64,000 nt of DNA from Scyliorhinus canicula (taxonomy: Eukaryota), in NCBI RefSeq assembly GCF_902713615.1, contig NC_052154.1:159194754-159258753 (forward strand), read 5' to 3'. The notes under the pieces were generated by a model. It had not been told where the DNA came from, ran no database searches, and was given only the letters and a program-made list of their open reading frames with translations. Below, piece by piece: positions 47,288-60,654 of this stretch. Positions within the stretch are counted from its first letter, which is position 1, and every line of letters starts with the position of its first letter. The position numbers were made by a program, and so were the translations under genes.

Positions 47288-47580
47288 TGGCTTGCTAAGC
47301 CATTTCAGAGGGAATTTAAGAGTCAACCAAATTGCTGTGGGTCTGGAGTCACATGTAGGCCAGAACAGGTAAGGATATTTCCTTAAAGTGCATGAGTGAA
47401 TCAGATGGGTTTTTAAGATAAAAGACAAATGATTTCATGGTCATCATGAGACTTCTAATTTCAGATATTTTATTGAGTTTAAATTCCATCACCTGCCATG
47501 GTGGGATTCGAACTCGGATCCCCAGGTCATTATCCTGGACCTCTGGTTTATGAGTCCAGTGACAATGCCACTATTCAGCC
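47288..47580 (-). mobile_element. Deu-domain SINE
   Basis: Minus strand CTGGCCTACATGTGACTCCAGACCCACAGCAATTTGGTTGACTCTTAAATTCCCTCTG plus a tRNA-like head. Confidence 0.75.
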
Positions 47581-49149
47581 TCCTTACAAATATGAAAATT
47601 GCTTGTGGTGGATGACCATTGCTCAACACTCCAAAAACACAGAAAAAACATTGAGAGCTCAACTCTTTATCTCAAATCAGTGATTTTACAGACAAAATTG
47701 TTAAATAATGGAAGCCAGAATGAGTGGGTGGTGATTGTAAAACGTTCTCTTCTATCCCTTATCCCCTCTCTTCGCAAAATGGGATTGGGCTTAAAGCTGG
47801 ACTCAAAAGCACAGCGATACAAAACAAAGTTGAGAAATTGTGGCATTTTTGTTGCAAGCTGGCTACCCTCAAATGTGAGGCATCCAGACCACAATTGGCA
47901 TCTACAGCATCTTGGGGCTTAATAGAACTCGGGGGAATTGTGTGTGGTCTTCCCCTTCTTCCCATCCCCTATGGCACTTAGCTCTGCTCTTTCGGGAAGC
48001 CTGCCAAAAGCTTTGCCAAAGCCTGGAAGAACCCCGGATGCACACCCAACCCTGTGCCCTCCACAGCCACCATGGAACCAAACCAAACCTGGCTAATGGC
48101 CACATTGGTAACCACAGGGCTCAGCACTGGGGCTGATCTGCGCAACACCAGCTGCTCTAAAGTACCCCAGAGAGATCAGGAAGACAGCCCACCTGCCCCC
48201 ACTACACAACTGACTCTTCAAGGTAAGTACTGTGGATGCTGGAATTCTGAAATAAAAACAGAAAATGCTGAAAACACTGAGGTTGGCTCCACCTTCTCTT
48301 TCTCGTGTTATTTTTGGTGCTGAATTCAATTTTCACATTTCACCTCCTCTTGATATTTACTTTCTTTATTTGTTCCAAAACCAGCCCCTTTAGCCTTTAA
48401 TGATAATCCCTTTAGATATTTAATCCTTCCAGCCTTTGACCTCATCACCAATCTTCCATTTTGTTTGTTCCTCCTCTCCTCTTTCATTGTCTCTATACCT
48501 ATCTCATAAGCCCAGATCTTCCAGTCGCTGGATAGTCAAGAGTTCAGACAAACCCCCCAAGATGCACTATGGGACCCCTCGGAGGTCCGTTGTGGAAATT
48601 GCCTGGGAAGTTTGAATTTCGGGTGGGCTATTCCCCAGGACCCTCTGAGGAAGTCTCCCAACTCTGAGTTAGAGTCTGATGTCTGAATGCTTTCCCAGAA
48701 AAAATTAGACAGGAAAATATGATTCTAACTCCTGAGTAAATAAATAGCTGACCCCCAAACTCCCCCCTCGTTTCCTTTGCCCTCCCTAGTCACTTGGATC
48801 TGACATGACCTCACCTTTCAGCACATGCTCGACATCCCCTAACCTCACCACCCTTGCCTTCTTACACTCTTACCTTCTCTCTCGGTAGCTTTTCATAGAA
48901 ACATTGGGACATTTAAATTCTTTACCTACTGGAATATGGCTGCCCGTACAGTAAACAGGGAGGGGTGTCTTCTCCAGCACTTCTCTTTGCTGCTCCCTCC
49001 AAGATTTCCTCCACCATGTCTGTTTGGATGGATACTTCATCGGAGGCATTGCACAGAAATAACTGAGGAAGGTAGTTGGCATTTCTTTTACTCAATTAGG
49101 GTTGGAAAAATAGGTTCCTATCCTGATCGGAAGATTTCGGCCCACATTG

Positions 49150-49380
49150 CTTTTTTAAAAATAAATTTAGAATACTCAATTATTTTTGTTTCTAATTAAG
49201 GGGCAATTTTGCATGGTCAATCCACCCGACCTGCAAATCTTTGGGTTGTGGGGGTGAAACCCATGTAGACATGGGGAGAATGTACAAACTCCACACGGAC
49301 AGTGACCCAGGGCTGGGATTTGAACCCGGGTCCTCAGCGTCGTAGTCCCAGTGCTAACCACTGCGCCACATGCCACCCTT
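49150..49380 (-). mobile_element. Short V-SINE variant with A-rich tail
   Basis: As 13310-13545. Confidence 0.85.
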
Positions 49381-49454
49381 GCCCACATTTCTAACTTCTT
49401 TCTGGCCTAACCAAAGGTAGTCATTCCAGGACTCTGTTCCTTGGGATTGCTGAG

Positions 49455-49935
49455 TTAGATATAAGGTTAGCTGGATTAGTATTCAGGGTTAGGATTGAAG
49501 CTAAAGTTAGAGGTTAAGGATTGAGGTTATGAGTTTAGGGGATGGGGTTCAGGGTTAGTGCTTTGGGTCAAGGGTTAGGATTGGAGCTAAGGTTTGAGGT
49601 AAGGTTTTGGAATTACAGCTGAGGCTCAGGATTAAGGTTGGGTTCCTGCATTGGGGATCAGGATTTAATGTTTGGGTTCAAAGGTTTTTTGTTGGGACTT
49701 GGGGTTTGGATTAAGTGTTGGGGTTCAGATTTGGTGTTAGCATTTTGAATTCAGGGCCAAGGTTTAGGGTTGAGGTTCAGAGTTCAGTTTTAATGTTTAG
49801 AGTTCAAGATTCAGGAGACAGGTTAGGGTTCAAGTCTAGAGTTGAGTTAAGTTCCAGGTTGGGTTAGGGTCATTCGGGCTAGGGTTATGGGTACGTCTGC
49901 CTGGACTGTCTGGATAATAGTTGGGGTTAGGGTTT
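49455..49935 (+). repeat. Degenerate GGGTTA/TTAGGG-like low-complexity tract
   Basis: Roughly 6-nt periodic GGTT/AGGG motifs; exact GGTTAGGGT near 49821, 49862 and 49925. Confidence 0.6.
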
Positions 49936-50019
49936 GCAGACAGGAGATTGTACCATCCTGTTACTGATACTCCAATGGAGTTTAATAATCTGTGCAGTAT
50001 ACTGTTCAATCTGGTCGCC

Positions 50020-50530
50020 ACACTACCAGAAGGATGTGGAGGCATTGGAGAGGGTGTAGAAGAGATTTACCAGGATGTTGCCTGGTATGGATGGCATTAG
50101 CTATGAAGAGAGGTTGAATAAACTTGGTTTGTTCTCACTGGAATGACGGAGTTTGAGGGGCGACCTGATAGAGGTCTACAAAATTATGAGGGGCATAGAC
50201 AGAGTGGATAGTCAGTGGCTTTTTCCCAGGGTAGAGGGGTCAATTATAGGGGGCAAAGGTTTAAGGTGCGAGGGGCAAGGTTTAGAGGAGATGTACAAGG
50301 CAAATCTTTTACACAGAGGGTAGTGGGTGCCTGGAACTCGCTGCCGGAGGAGGTGGTGGAAGCAGGGACGATAGTGACATTTAAGGGGCGTCTTGACAAA
50401 TACATGAATAGGATGGGAATAGAGGGATACGGACCCCGGAAGTGTAAAAGATTTTAGTTGAGACGGGCAGCATGGTCGGTGCAGGCTTGGAGGGCCGAAG
50501 GGCCTGTTCCTGTGCTGTACTTTTCTTTGT
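50020..50530 (+). mobile_element. CR1 LINE 3' end
   Basis: FTQRVVGAWNSLPEEVVEAGTIVTFKGRLDKYM plus the CR1 3' tail. Confidence 0.9.
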
Positions 50531-50999
50531 TCTTTGGAATCTGCCAGTTGTGGTTGGCTCATGTCTTCTACTATCTTTTATCCAGGATAGTTTGCCATTA
50601 TCCATCTCCAGATAAGTGTTACTAAATTCTTAGACAAGTCAAAGTATGCATTTCATCTTCTGCTGAAAGGGACAGTCTGGCCTATTACACCTTTTATCCA
50701 TCTTAGAATTATACTGTCATAAAAATGCTCATGTATTTAGTCCCAAATACTTAATTCTTTTAATAGGTTTTCACTTTTATTGTTTTTCTATCTAATTGCA
50801 TTTCACCACCCAGCTAGAAGGATATTTGGGTTTAGGGTTAGACAGGCGCCGTGATGTGGCAACTAGGGGATTTTCACAGTAACTTCATTGCAGTGTTAAT
50901 ATTAGCCTACTTATGCCATTAAAGACGATGATGAGAGTTTGGGTTAGGGACACCGCATTAGGGTTACTGTTGGCTTATGGTTAAGGTTTCTTTTATTCT

Positions 51000-51800
51000 T
51001 TCATGGGATGTGAACATCACCAGCTAGGCCAGTATTTGACGTTCATCCCTAGTGGCCTTTGATAATAATAATCTAAATTAGTGTCACAAGTAGGCTTACA
51101 TTAACACTGCAATGAAGTTACTGTGAAAACCCCCTAGTCGCCACACTCTGGCACCTGTTCAGAGACACCAAGGAACTTGTGGAAGGAAACCGGAGGAAAT
51201 CCACGCAGGCAAAGGGAGAGCGTGCAGACTCCGCACAGACCGACCCAAGCCGGGAATCGAACCTGGGCCCCTGGCGCTGTGAAACAACAGTGCTAAACCA
51301 CTGTACTACTGTGGAGAAGGTGGTGGTGAGCCACCTTAAAGATTGCTGCTGTGAATCTGGTGCAACTACATCCACAATGTTGTTCGGAAGACAGTTTCTA
51401 GATTTTAACCAGATTACAGTAAGGGATCAGCTTTTTAGCTACAAGTCAAGTTTGTTGTGTGGCTTGGAGGGGAACTTGTAGGTGGTGGTGTTCCCATGCA
51501 TCTGCTGCCCTTGGCTAGTTGGTAAGAGGTCACAGGTTCAGAAGGTGCTGTCAAAGGAGCCTTGTGAGTTTTTGCAGTGCATCTTGTAAATGGGACACAC
51601 TGCTGCTACTGTGCGCCAGTGGTAGAGCAAGTGAATAATTAAGATGGTGGGTGGGGTGCCAATCAAGCGGGCACTTTTTGCCCTGTTGAGCATCTCGAGT
51701 GTTGTTAGAGCTGCACTCACCCAGGCAAGTGGAGTAATATTTGACCACACTCTCGACTTGTAAATGGTGAGCAGGCTTTTGGGGATCAGGTGGTGAACTG
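51000..51800 (-). mobile_element. L2/CR1-group LINE 3' part containing a V-SINE (51065-51310)
   Basis: Homologous to 40715-41950. Confidence 0.75.
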
Positions 51801-52179
51801 CTCCAGTAGTTACAGTATTCATGTTACTGTGAGAATTTGATTAAATATTTTTATTTTCAAACTTTCATTGATAACAAACACTTAAATAAAACTGTTTTTT
51901 TAAAATCCCATCCTTAAAGTTGCAACGCCAATGCACAGAATGGACAGGGCAAATTCTGAATCCATCTCATTGCTCGCTCCAAAAACCAATTCAAATTGAA
52001 GCCAATTCATGGTCTCCACAAGAAAGACGTACAAGATCCAAGCTGACAAGAAAAGGCATTGCACCGCATTTAATGCTTGATCTCAGCCAAAAGGTTGAGA
52101 AAGGATTGATAACAAATTAACACAACATCCAACAGCCCAGAAAGCGGCTCCAACATAGTAGTGTCATAATAACTTCTAT

Positions 52180-53050
52180 ATATTTATGTATTTAAAAACC
52201 AGTAAAAAAAAACCCAACAAATCTTACAACTTCCACCAGCCCAACAAAAATTACCCAGCCCCAACAAAATAATAACCATCACCCCTCCCTCCCCCCCACC
52301 CCTTGTAACAGATGATGGTGACTAATTCTTTAAAGTAGAAAATGAATGGCCGCCACCTCAGGACTAACCCCTCCGCTGATCTCCTCAAGGTGTACTTGAC
52401 CATTTCCAAATATAGAAATTCCATAAGGCCACCCAACCGGGCCGAGACCCTAGGCAAAACGGAAGATTGGCAACCCAGCAGAACCCGTCTCCGGGCCATC
52501 AGCAAGGCAGTGGCAAGAATACCCGTCCTTACGCCTGTCCTACACCCTGAAAATTGACAAAAATGGACAAGGCTCCAGATCAATGTTAAGAATCGCTGAC
52601 ATGGTGCAAAAGGAGGAGACCCAAAAGCTATCCATCCTTGGACACAACCAGAAGATGTGGTTGTGATTAGCGGGCCCACGAGAGCACCGCTCACGCCTGT
52701 CCTCCACTTCACCAAAGAACCCATTCATGCTAACCTTAGTTAGGTGCAACAACTTAAGCTGAACCGTGCACAGGAGGTGGAATTCACCCGATAAAGGGCC
52801 TCATTCCACACATCCTCATCCAACATGGGTCCCAGCTCCTCCCCCCCTCCCCCTCAGCTCTCCCCCCCCCCCCCCCCACACTTCACGCTCACCCGCTCCA
52901 GCGAAGCAGCTTCCATTGACATAATCCGTCCATAAATATTTGAAATGCCCCCCCCCCCCCAAGACTATGCCAACAATAGGATTCTCGCCAACAGGGAGGG
53001 TTGCAGCGCTACGGGAAATGTAGGACATGCCTTGTGGGTAAATTAGTGGA
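52180..53050 (-). mobile_element. L1-clade ORF2 3' fragment
   Basis: HIFWLCPRMDSFW, LLMARRRVLL. Confidence 0.75.
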
Positions 53051-53340
53051 GAATTCTCACCGCACACTCAAACCATTACATTTTAAATGTGTTATGGTCC
53101 ATATGGAGGTATTGTTTATGCATTCCGCCTCCTTTTTAGACATGTAAAACTGCCATCTAGAGGGTCTGAATGGTATCTATACATTTGTAGATGTAGAAAA
53201 TTAAAACCTAGAAATAAAATTAAGTTTGAATACAAGTAAAAAGCCCTTCTCCGCCTAATAACAATACTGCCGTTATGCTATTGTTAAATTTTAAATGTTA
53301 ATTTATTTATTGTATAATGGGAATCAGACTAGAGTTAATA

Positions 53341-54025
53341 TTTTTTTTTACAAACATTTTATTAAGGCATTTAGAGTTTTATAACAACAAAAGATACAAA
53401 TACAAATGTAAACATAATTCAGTGCATTACACCCCCCTCCATCTCTTCTCACTATTCCCGCCTAAACTAAACTAGCCTAACTCTCCCTGCCCCCCTCAAT
53501 CCCTTATGGAATCTGCTAACAGTTTAGTTTTTTCCGAAGAGGTCGATAAACGGCTGCTGTCTCCGAACGAACCCCAACATTGATCCTCTCAGGGCGAACT
53601 TAATTTTCTCAAGCCATGTCGCTAACCCATACCCCCAATTTCGGGAGCTCCGAGTCCCTCCACGCTAATAAGATCCGTCTCCGGGCTACCAGGGAGACAA
53701 AAGCCAAAATGTCAGCCTCTCTCGCCCCCTGGACTCCCGGGCCTTCAAACACTCCAAAAATCGCCACCTCTGGACTCGCCGCCACTCTCATTTTTAGCAC
53801 CGTGGACATGACATCGGCAAATTCCTGCCAGAATCCCCTAAGCTTCGTACATGCCCAAAACATGTGGGTATAATTCGCGGGCACCCATGCATACCTCACA
53901 CACCTGTCCTCTACCCCAAAGAACCTGCTCATCTGGGCCACCGTCATCTGTGCCTGGAGAATCACCTTGAATTGTATCAGGCTGAGCCTGGCACATGATG
54001 AGGTTGTGTGGATTCTGCTCAGGGC
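53341..54025 (-). mobile_element. L1-clade 3' end with AATAAA and poly(A)
   Basis: Same family as 44628-46147; T-run at 53341. Confidence 0.85.
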
Positions 54026-55780
54026 AACTTCCGGTTGCGGCTATGCCTAGGTAGGTCGCACGATCGGCAGCTCCCGCTGATAATGGACTTTTGGGCCCTT
54101 TTACAGAGCTCCAGCAGTACTTTGACGACGATTCCCGGTGTGGGAAGGAAACAGTGAAGGTCCCCCAGCGCTGTATGGAATGGACCAGGAGTGGGGCGGT
54201 CAAAAAAGCAGCTTTGGAGAAGAGAGAACGGGTGCAAAAAAGCAAGATGGCAGCGAGCGGAGATGAGGCAGCGTGGGCCCAGTGGTCACAGGAGCAGCAA
54301 GAGTTTTTAAGAACCTGCTTTGCTGATTTAAAGGCGGAGATGCTGGCCCCTATGAAGGCATCGATTGACAGGCTGGTGGAGACCCAGAAGATGCAGGGGA
54401 CGGCGATCAAGGAGGTGCAGCAGAAGGCCTCTGATAATGAGGACGAGATCCTTGGCCCAGCGGTTAGAGTGGAGGCGCACGAGGCTGCACAAAAAAATGG
54501 CAGAAGCTGGAGGACCTGGACAATAGGTCAAGGAGGCAGAACCTGCTGATTCTGGGTCACCCTGAAGGTGTGGAGGGGTCGGATGCTGGGACCACGTATG
54601 TATGTGACCACGATGTTGGGCACGCTGATGGGCGCGGGGGCCTTCCTGCCCTCCCTGAAGCTGGATGGGGCGCACAGAGTCCTGGAAAGGAGGCCGAGGG
54701 CGAATGAGCCAACGAGAGCTATGGTGGTACGGTTCCACCGCTTCACCGACAAGGAGTGTGTCCTGCGATGGGCGAAGGAGCGGAGCAGCAGGTGGGAGAA
54801 TACAGAGATCCATATTTCTCAGGACTGGAGTGCAGAGCTGGCCAAGAAGCGTGCGGGATTCAACCGGACCAAGGCGGTCCTCCACGGAAAGGAGGTGAAG
54901 TTCGGACTGTTACAACCGGCGAGGCTGTGGGTTACATATCAAGACCGGCACCACTTTCGACACGCCGGACGAGCCGTGGACTTTCATTAAGAATGAGAAG
55001 CTGAACTCGAGTTAATGGACTGCAGTATGTTATGGGGGTTGCTGGAGGGGGGGGGGGATGTTATGTTGGGGTTTTCCCCTGTGTTTTTGTGGCCCCCTTT
55101 GCCCTCAAGGCTCTGGGCGAGGTCGCAGTTGGGAAGAGCTGCGTCCCAGGAGGTGGGGCCCAGACAGAGGAGCACGGTTTACCCCCGAAATGGTGGGGGT
55201 GGCACCTGAAACTGGGGGTTTGAGTGTACGGTACATTGCTCTGTTTTTCTCTGTTCACACGGGGGGTGGGGGGATCTCTCTACCCCACTTAGGTGTGGGG
55301 GGGGGGGGGTGGAGACTTGTAAGGGGAACCTATGTATGCTCCGAACTGGGACAGTGCAGGGTTCATGAAGCGGATGTTGAGTAGGATTCCAGATCTGGAG
55401 TCATGTAGTTTGGTAATGGGGGGTGGGGGGGAGAGACTTTAACACGGTCCTGGACCCAACGCTGGATCGGTCTAGGTCGAGATCGGTAAGAGGCCGGCAG
55501 CGGCCAAGGTCCTGAGGGGGTTCATGGACCAGATGGGGGGGGTGGATCAGTGGAGATTGCCAGGACAAAGAGTTTTCCTTCTTCTCCCACGTGCACAAGG
55601 CGCACTCGCAGATTGATATTTTTCGTGGTAAGTAGGTGCTAATTCAGAGAGTGGAGGGGGTGGAGAATTCAGCCATTGCCATCTCAGACCATGCCCTGCA
55701 CTGGGTGGAGTTGGGGCTGAGGGAGGAGAGAGGCCAACGCCCTCTGTGGAGAATGGATGTGGGACTACTGGTGGACGAGG
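54026..55780 (+). mobile_element. L1-clade 5'UTR, ORF1 and start of the ORF2 endonuclease; 3'-truncated
   Basis: CTTCCGG at 54028; ORF1 motifs homologous to 30728-31590; DFNTVLDP…SDHA endonuclease motifs at 55400-55780. Confidence 0.85.
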
Positions 55781-58760
55781 CGCCCAGTAATAGTTCCTAA
55801 AGTTCGGTAGGGCCAACCCTCCCCGCCCCTCGGCTCTGCTCCAGCAGCACTTTCCTTACTTGTGGGGTTTTACCCACACAAACCCAGAGCTCACCACATT
55901 AACCCGCTTAAAAAAGGGCTTTGGTATGAAAATACGAAGACATTGGAACACAAACAAAAATCTTGTGAGAACTGTCAGCTTCACGGTCAATACCCTCCCC
56001 GCCAGTAACAACGGGCATATGTCCCACCTCCAAAGGTCCTCCTTCATTTGCTCAACTAACCGGGCCAAGTTTAATTATGCCCTTGCAACCTGGATACCCA
56101 AATATCGAAAACTCCCTCCCACCACTCTGAATGGCAACTCCCCCAGTTTCGTCTCCTGCCCCCTCGCCTGAATCACAAACACCTCGCTCTTACCCATGTT
56201 CAATTTGTACCCCGAAAACTGGCCAAATTCCCCTAATATCCGCATAATCTCTCCCATCACCCCTAATGGGTTAGAAATATACAGGAGTAGGTCGTCCGCA
56301 TATAACAAGACCCGGTGCTCCATCCCACCTCCCCCGGACTAACCCCTTCCAATCCTTTAACGCTCTCAGAGCCATCGCCAATGGCTTTATAGCCAAGGCA
56401 AACAACAGTGGGGAGAGGGGACATCCCTACCTTGTCTCCCGGTGCAGTCTAAAGTAGTCCGAACTCACCGGTTCGTCCGCATACTCGCCACCGGTGTCTG
56501 GTACAGCAACCGGACCCAGTCAACAAAGCCCTGCCCAAACCCGAACCGTCCCAGGACCCCCCCACAGATAATTCCACTCCACCCGGTCAAAGGCCTTCTC
56601 CGCGTCCATAGCGACCACTACTACTACCTCCAACTCCCTTCTCTAGGTGGGTATCATGATCACATTTAGGAGCCTTCTAAAGTTGGCCATTAACTGCCTG
56701 CCTTTGACAAACCTAGTCTGGTCTTCCCCCATCACCCCCGAAACACAGTCTCTATTCTCAAGGCCAAAATCTTGGCCAGCAATTTGGCATCAACATTCTG
56801 TAGGGAGATTAGTCTGCATGAACCGCATTGCTCTGGGTCCTTCTCCAGCTTCAGGATCAATGAGATCGAAGCCTGTGACATTGTTGGGAGAAGAACATCC
56901 CACTCCCTTGCCTCATTAAATGCCCTCACCAGCAGTGGGCCCAACATCACAGAAAACCTCTTGTAAAATTCCACTGGGTATCCATCCAGTCCAGGGGCCT
57001 TGCCCGACTGCGTGGCCTCCAATCCCTCTAACTACTTCTACAATCCCGATCGGGGCTCTCAATACCTCCACCAACCCTTCTTCCACCTTCGGAAGCTCCA
57101 ACCCTTCGAAAAACTCCGACTCAGACTGTAAAACTTCTTGAACACGCCGTTCACCCCCGCTGGGTCCAACCGTGCTCCCCCCTCTATCCTTCATTTTTCC
57201 TATCTCCCTGGCCGCCTCCCTTTTCCTGAGCTGGTGTGCTAGCATCCTACTGGCCTTCTCGCCATACTCATATATTCCCCCCTCACCTTCCTCAACTGCC
57301 CCACCGCCTTCTCTGTAGATATCAGACCAAACTCCATCTGCAGCTTCTGCCGCTCCTTCAACAGCCACACCTGGAGTATCTCCCTAACCAACTCATCCAT
57401 CTCTGCCCTCTCCACCTTCTCCCTATGAGCCCGTATCAAAATCAGCTCCAGCTAACTACTGCCTTCAGCCCTCCCACTCCGTTGCTGCTGAAACCTCCCG
57501 TGTCATTTATCTCCAAATATTTGGCACATGGGAAAAAGAAAACTCCTTCGCTATTGGCCGTCCAGACCTCCACAAACCTCTACCCCTCCCATCTGCTCCT
57601 GTAGTCATCTGGGATGGCCACTTACAACCAGGAACAGGGAAGGTTGCAAAGCATAGCGGGAAAAATGGACAATGTGAGATTCAGGCAGGCTCAGAGCCTG
57701 AATGTATATTTGCGAGTGAGGAATCCAGACGGTATCGAAACCCCAACCAATTAGCATTTGATGGCCCATCTTCGGCAGACAAAGGACTGATACTTGAGTG
57801 GCCGGTACAGTCCCAGACACTTCGGCGCCACTCCCTGTACTAGGGAAGCGTAAACAACAGGGTCAATGACCACTTGGGACACGCCCAGCCATCAAGGCAC
57901 CCGCCCATTTATTGGTTCGAATCAAACATAGTGATCAGGGATCACCCAATTAGTGGGGTCCAAACTGAAAAAACGCCCAAAAGAGTGCGAAAACCCCCAA
58001 GAATAAAAGAGAGTCCACCATGTGTTTGGTCTTTTTTGGATCTGGCGCTCCGGCAACGTCCATCTCCAATCGCAGCATCACCAGAAGCAAGTTCAAGTTC
58101 AATGCTTGCTACCAGGCGGATGAGCCTAGCTGAGCAGCAGTTACTTCTACAGACCTGATAGATCCAGAATCGAACAACGGCCACTATTCCTCTACAGGTT
58201 GTCATAGTCGATAGGTGCAGTTTAACTAGTAGTGTTTATGTTGCATGACTAATTGTGTGTAAATAAAGTACTCTTGACCTTGAACTAACTAACTGGTGTT
58301 TGGCTCTTTGATCGATAGCCGGTTGAACCTTGTGGTGGTATCATTGATACCTGGTGACCTGAGCATTAGAATATAGATATCCAAAGGAGGGCAACCTCAC
58401 TGACTGCCATATTTACAGTAGGTAAAAAAGGCAACCGTCCATAAACCCTTTTAGTTCCTTCGCCGTGGCTGGCACTCTCCCTGTCCTTGAACTCGACCGA
58501 TCTAACCTCGGATCGATGACCCTATTAAAGATCCCCCCATGATCAGCCTATGTGAGTCCAAGTCCGGGATCTTCCCCAACACCAGCCTCATAAACTCCAC
58601 GTCGTCCCAGTTTGATGCATAGATATTCACTAATGCCACTGACATCCCCTCCAGCTTCCAACTCACCATAACGTACCTCCGCACCCCCCCTCCCCCACTA
58701 TGCTCCCTACCTCAAATGACACCGCCTGTTGATCAAGATCGCCACCCCCCCTAGTTTTAG
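55781..58760 (-). mobile_element. L1-clade ORF2 (endonuclease to RT), decayed, split by a solo LTR
   Basis: LVNIYASNWDD, KAPGLDGYPVEFYKRF, ISLQNVDAKLLAK, LLYADDLLL, LALPNFRNYYWA. Confidence 0.9.
57600..58436 (+). mobile_element. 837-bp solo LTR
   Basis: TG start; 4-bp TSD CTCC/GTCC (one mismatch); the L1 codons GFM-EQMGG rejoin across it; AATAAA at ~58262; terminal dinucleotide is CC rather than CA. Confidence 0.7.
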
Positions 58761-60654
58761 AGTCTAGCCCCAAATGAAATATCTGCCCAACCCACCCATT
58801 CCTGATTTATACACAATATTTAATACATTTTTAAAACATTACTCATTTACTTACATTACTTACACATTATTACTTATATTATTTACACATTTGCAAACAG
58901 TTCGGCTTGAGACATGACAGACACCGGAATTATTATTACTTAAAGTTGTAAAGTTAAAAAAATTTGGAACAATAACAATCACATTCAATCTGAACAAAAT
59001 GGCAGATAAATAGAAAATGTCATAATTGCAAAATAGCCAAGATAAAGAAGCTTCCTCACAAAGTAAAATTGTATGTAAAATTACAAAATGCCATTCTTCC
59101 ACTGTCTAAAAACATACCTCCCACTAAAGAATTATTTTCATGATATATTCAGCCATTGTTATTTACCGTTAACACATGATAAAATGATTGAACTTCATTT
59201 GAGAAAATAAACTTATTTGGCTGCTTAAAAAAATGGGTGATTCGAGGGCAACACTTTTCTAAAAGAGAAAAATCATGCAGGTTTTCAGCAACACCTTAGT
59301 GCTCAGAACTTTCAAAGTGGTTTTCTGGTCAATTCAGTGCAGATCCTCTTGACCATAAGTTGTAATAGAATAGTTTGGCTCCTTCACATCATAGTCATAA
59401 TTCAGGGAAGTTATCACATACCCTGGTCAGCTAGAATAGCCCTATTTGTGTTGCAACTTTATAGAATATGGCCGATTTCCAAATAGACTGGAGCCTCCAG
59501 CTCTGATGTTTACCCACCGTGTTGCTGAGAGGCTGCCACGGAGTCACAGAGGGTCCTGGCATGATGGGTACCTCATGCATAGATTGAAAATCCGGTCGGG
59601 GTGGGGAAAAAGTGCCCTTAATTAAACCCTCAAAGAGTTGAATTGGTTACCCACCAATTGTTGGCATGTGGACGATATACAGGAGTTACTGCCTCTTCCA
59701 AAATTGTCAGGAGTTGGGACTTGGTCAAATGCCAGCATGCCTGTTGCGGGTGTGAAATTGTGGCTTTGTCCACTTCCAGCCTCGACGACACAACCAAATG
59801 AAAATTCAGCTCCTCTATTACTAAAACTTTTGTAATTTTAAATGTCTTGATTGCGTCAGCCCTCAGGCTTCACTTTCCAGGTAGAGAAAAGAGACACACC
59901 CTATTCATCCTTTCCTCGATAAAAGAAGGCAATTAAAAGAATGCATGTGGCATTTGGTGCAGGAACAATGCAGATAAGGTAATAAAAGGCACCAAACCCA
60001 TCATTAGCAATGAAAACATTAATTCCATAACAGAAAATGGTCCAGGATTAAATACATTCACGGGACATTTCTGGATTTACCTGCATACGAAAGAGGAAAT
60101 AATCTACCAACCCACATCTCCTTAAATAATCCGTGATGATGCTCAGAAGGCCACGTTTAATATCAATTCCTATTTTCATCAACTTGCCATGCACTTCAGA
60201 AGGTATTAAATGAACCTAGGGTGATTAGAGAGACCAAAGATCTTCTGAAACCGAGAAATAAGTCACCTAATGTGGGAATGCAGCCACATGTAGGCAAGGC
60301 TGATTCCCTGGAAATGCGGCAGCTTCCATGGTGGTGGTTCCTTTGGTGCGAAACACAAATTATTAGATTTGTTTAATTTATTTCATAGCTTGCATAGTGA
60401 CATTTATAGAAACCTTGTTGACTTGGGATTTCAGGGGTGCCAATCAGCACCCATGTCAAGATATTTCAAGAAAAGAGGTCATTCTTAATATGTGCACCTC
60501 AATATAAGTGCATGCAGTCCATTTCACCATAGGGAATATCTTTCAGGCTGATGTTTGTGTCGGATAGAAAATCTGAAAAAGTAAAATTGAGATGGGTTAG
60601 TTATTTTACATATATAAAACACAAGTAACTTTTCAAGTAACAAGTAACACAAGT

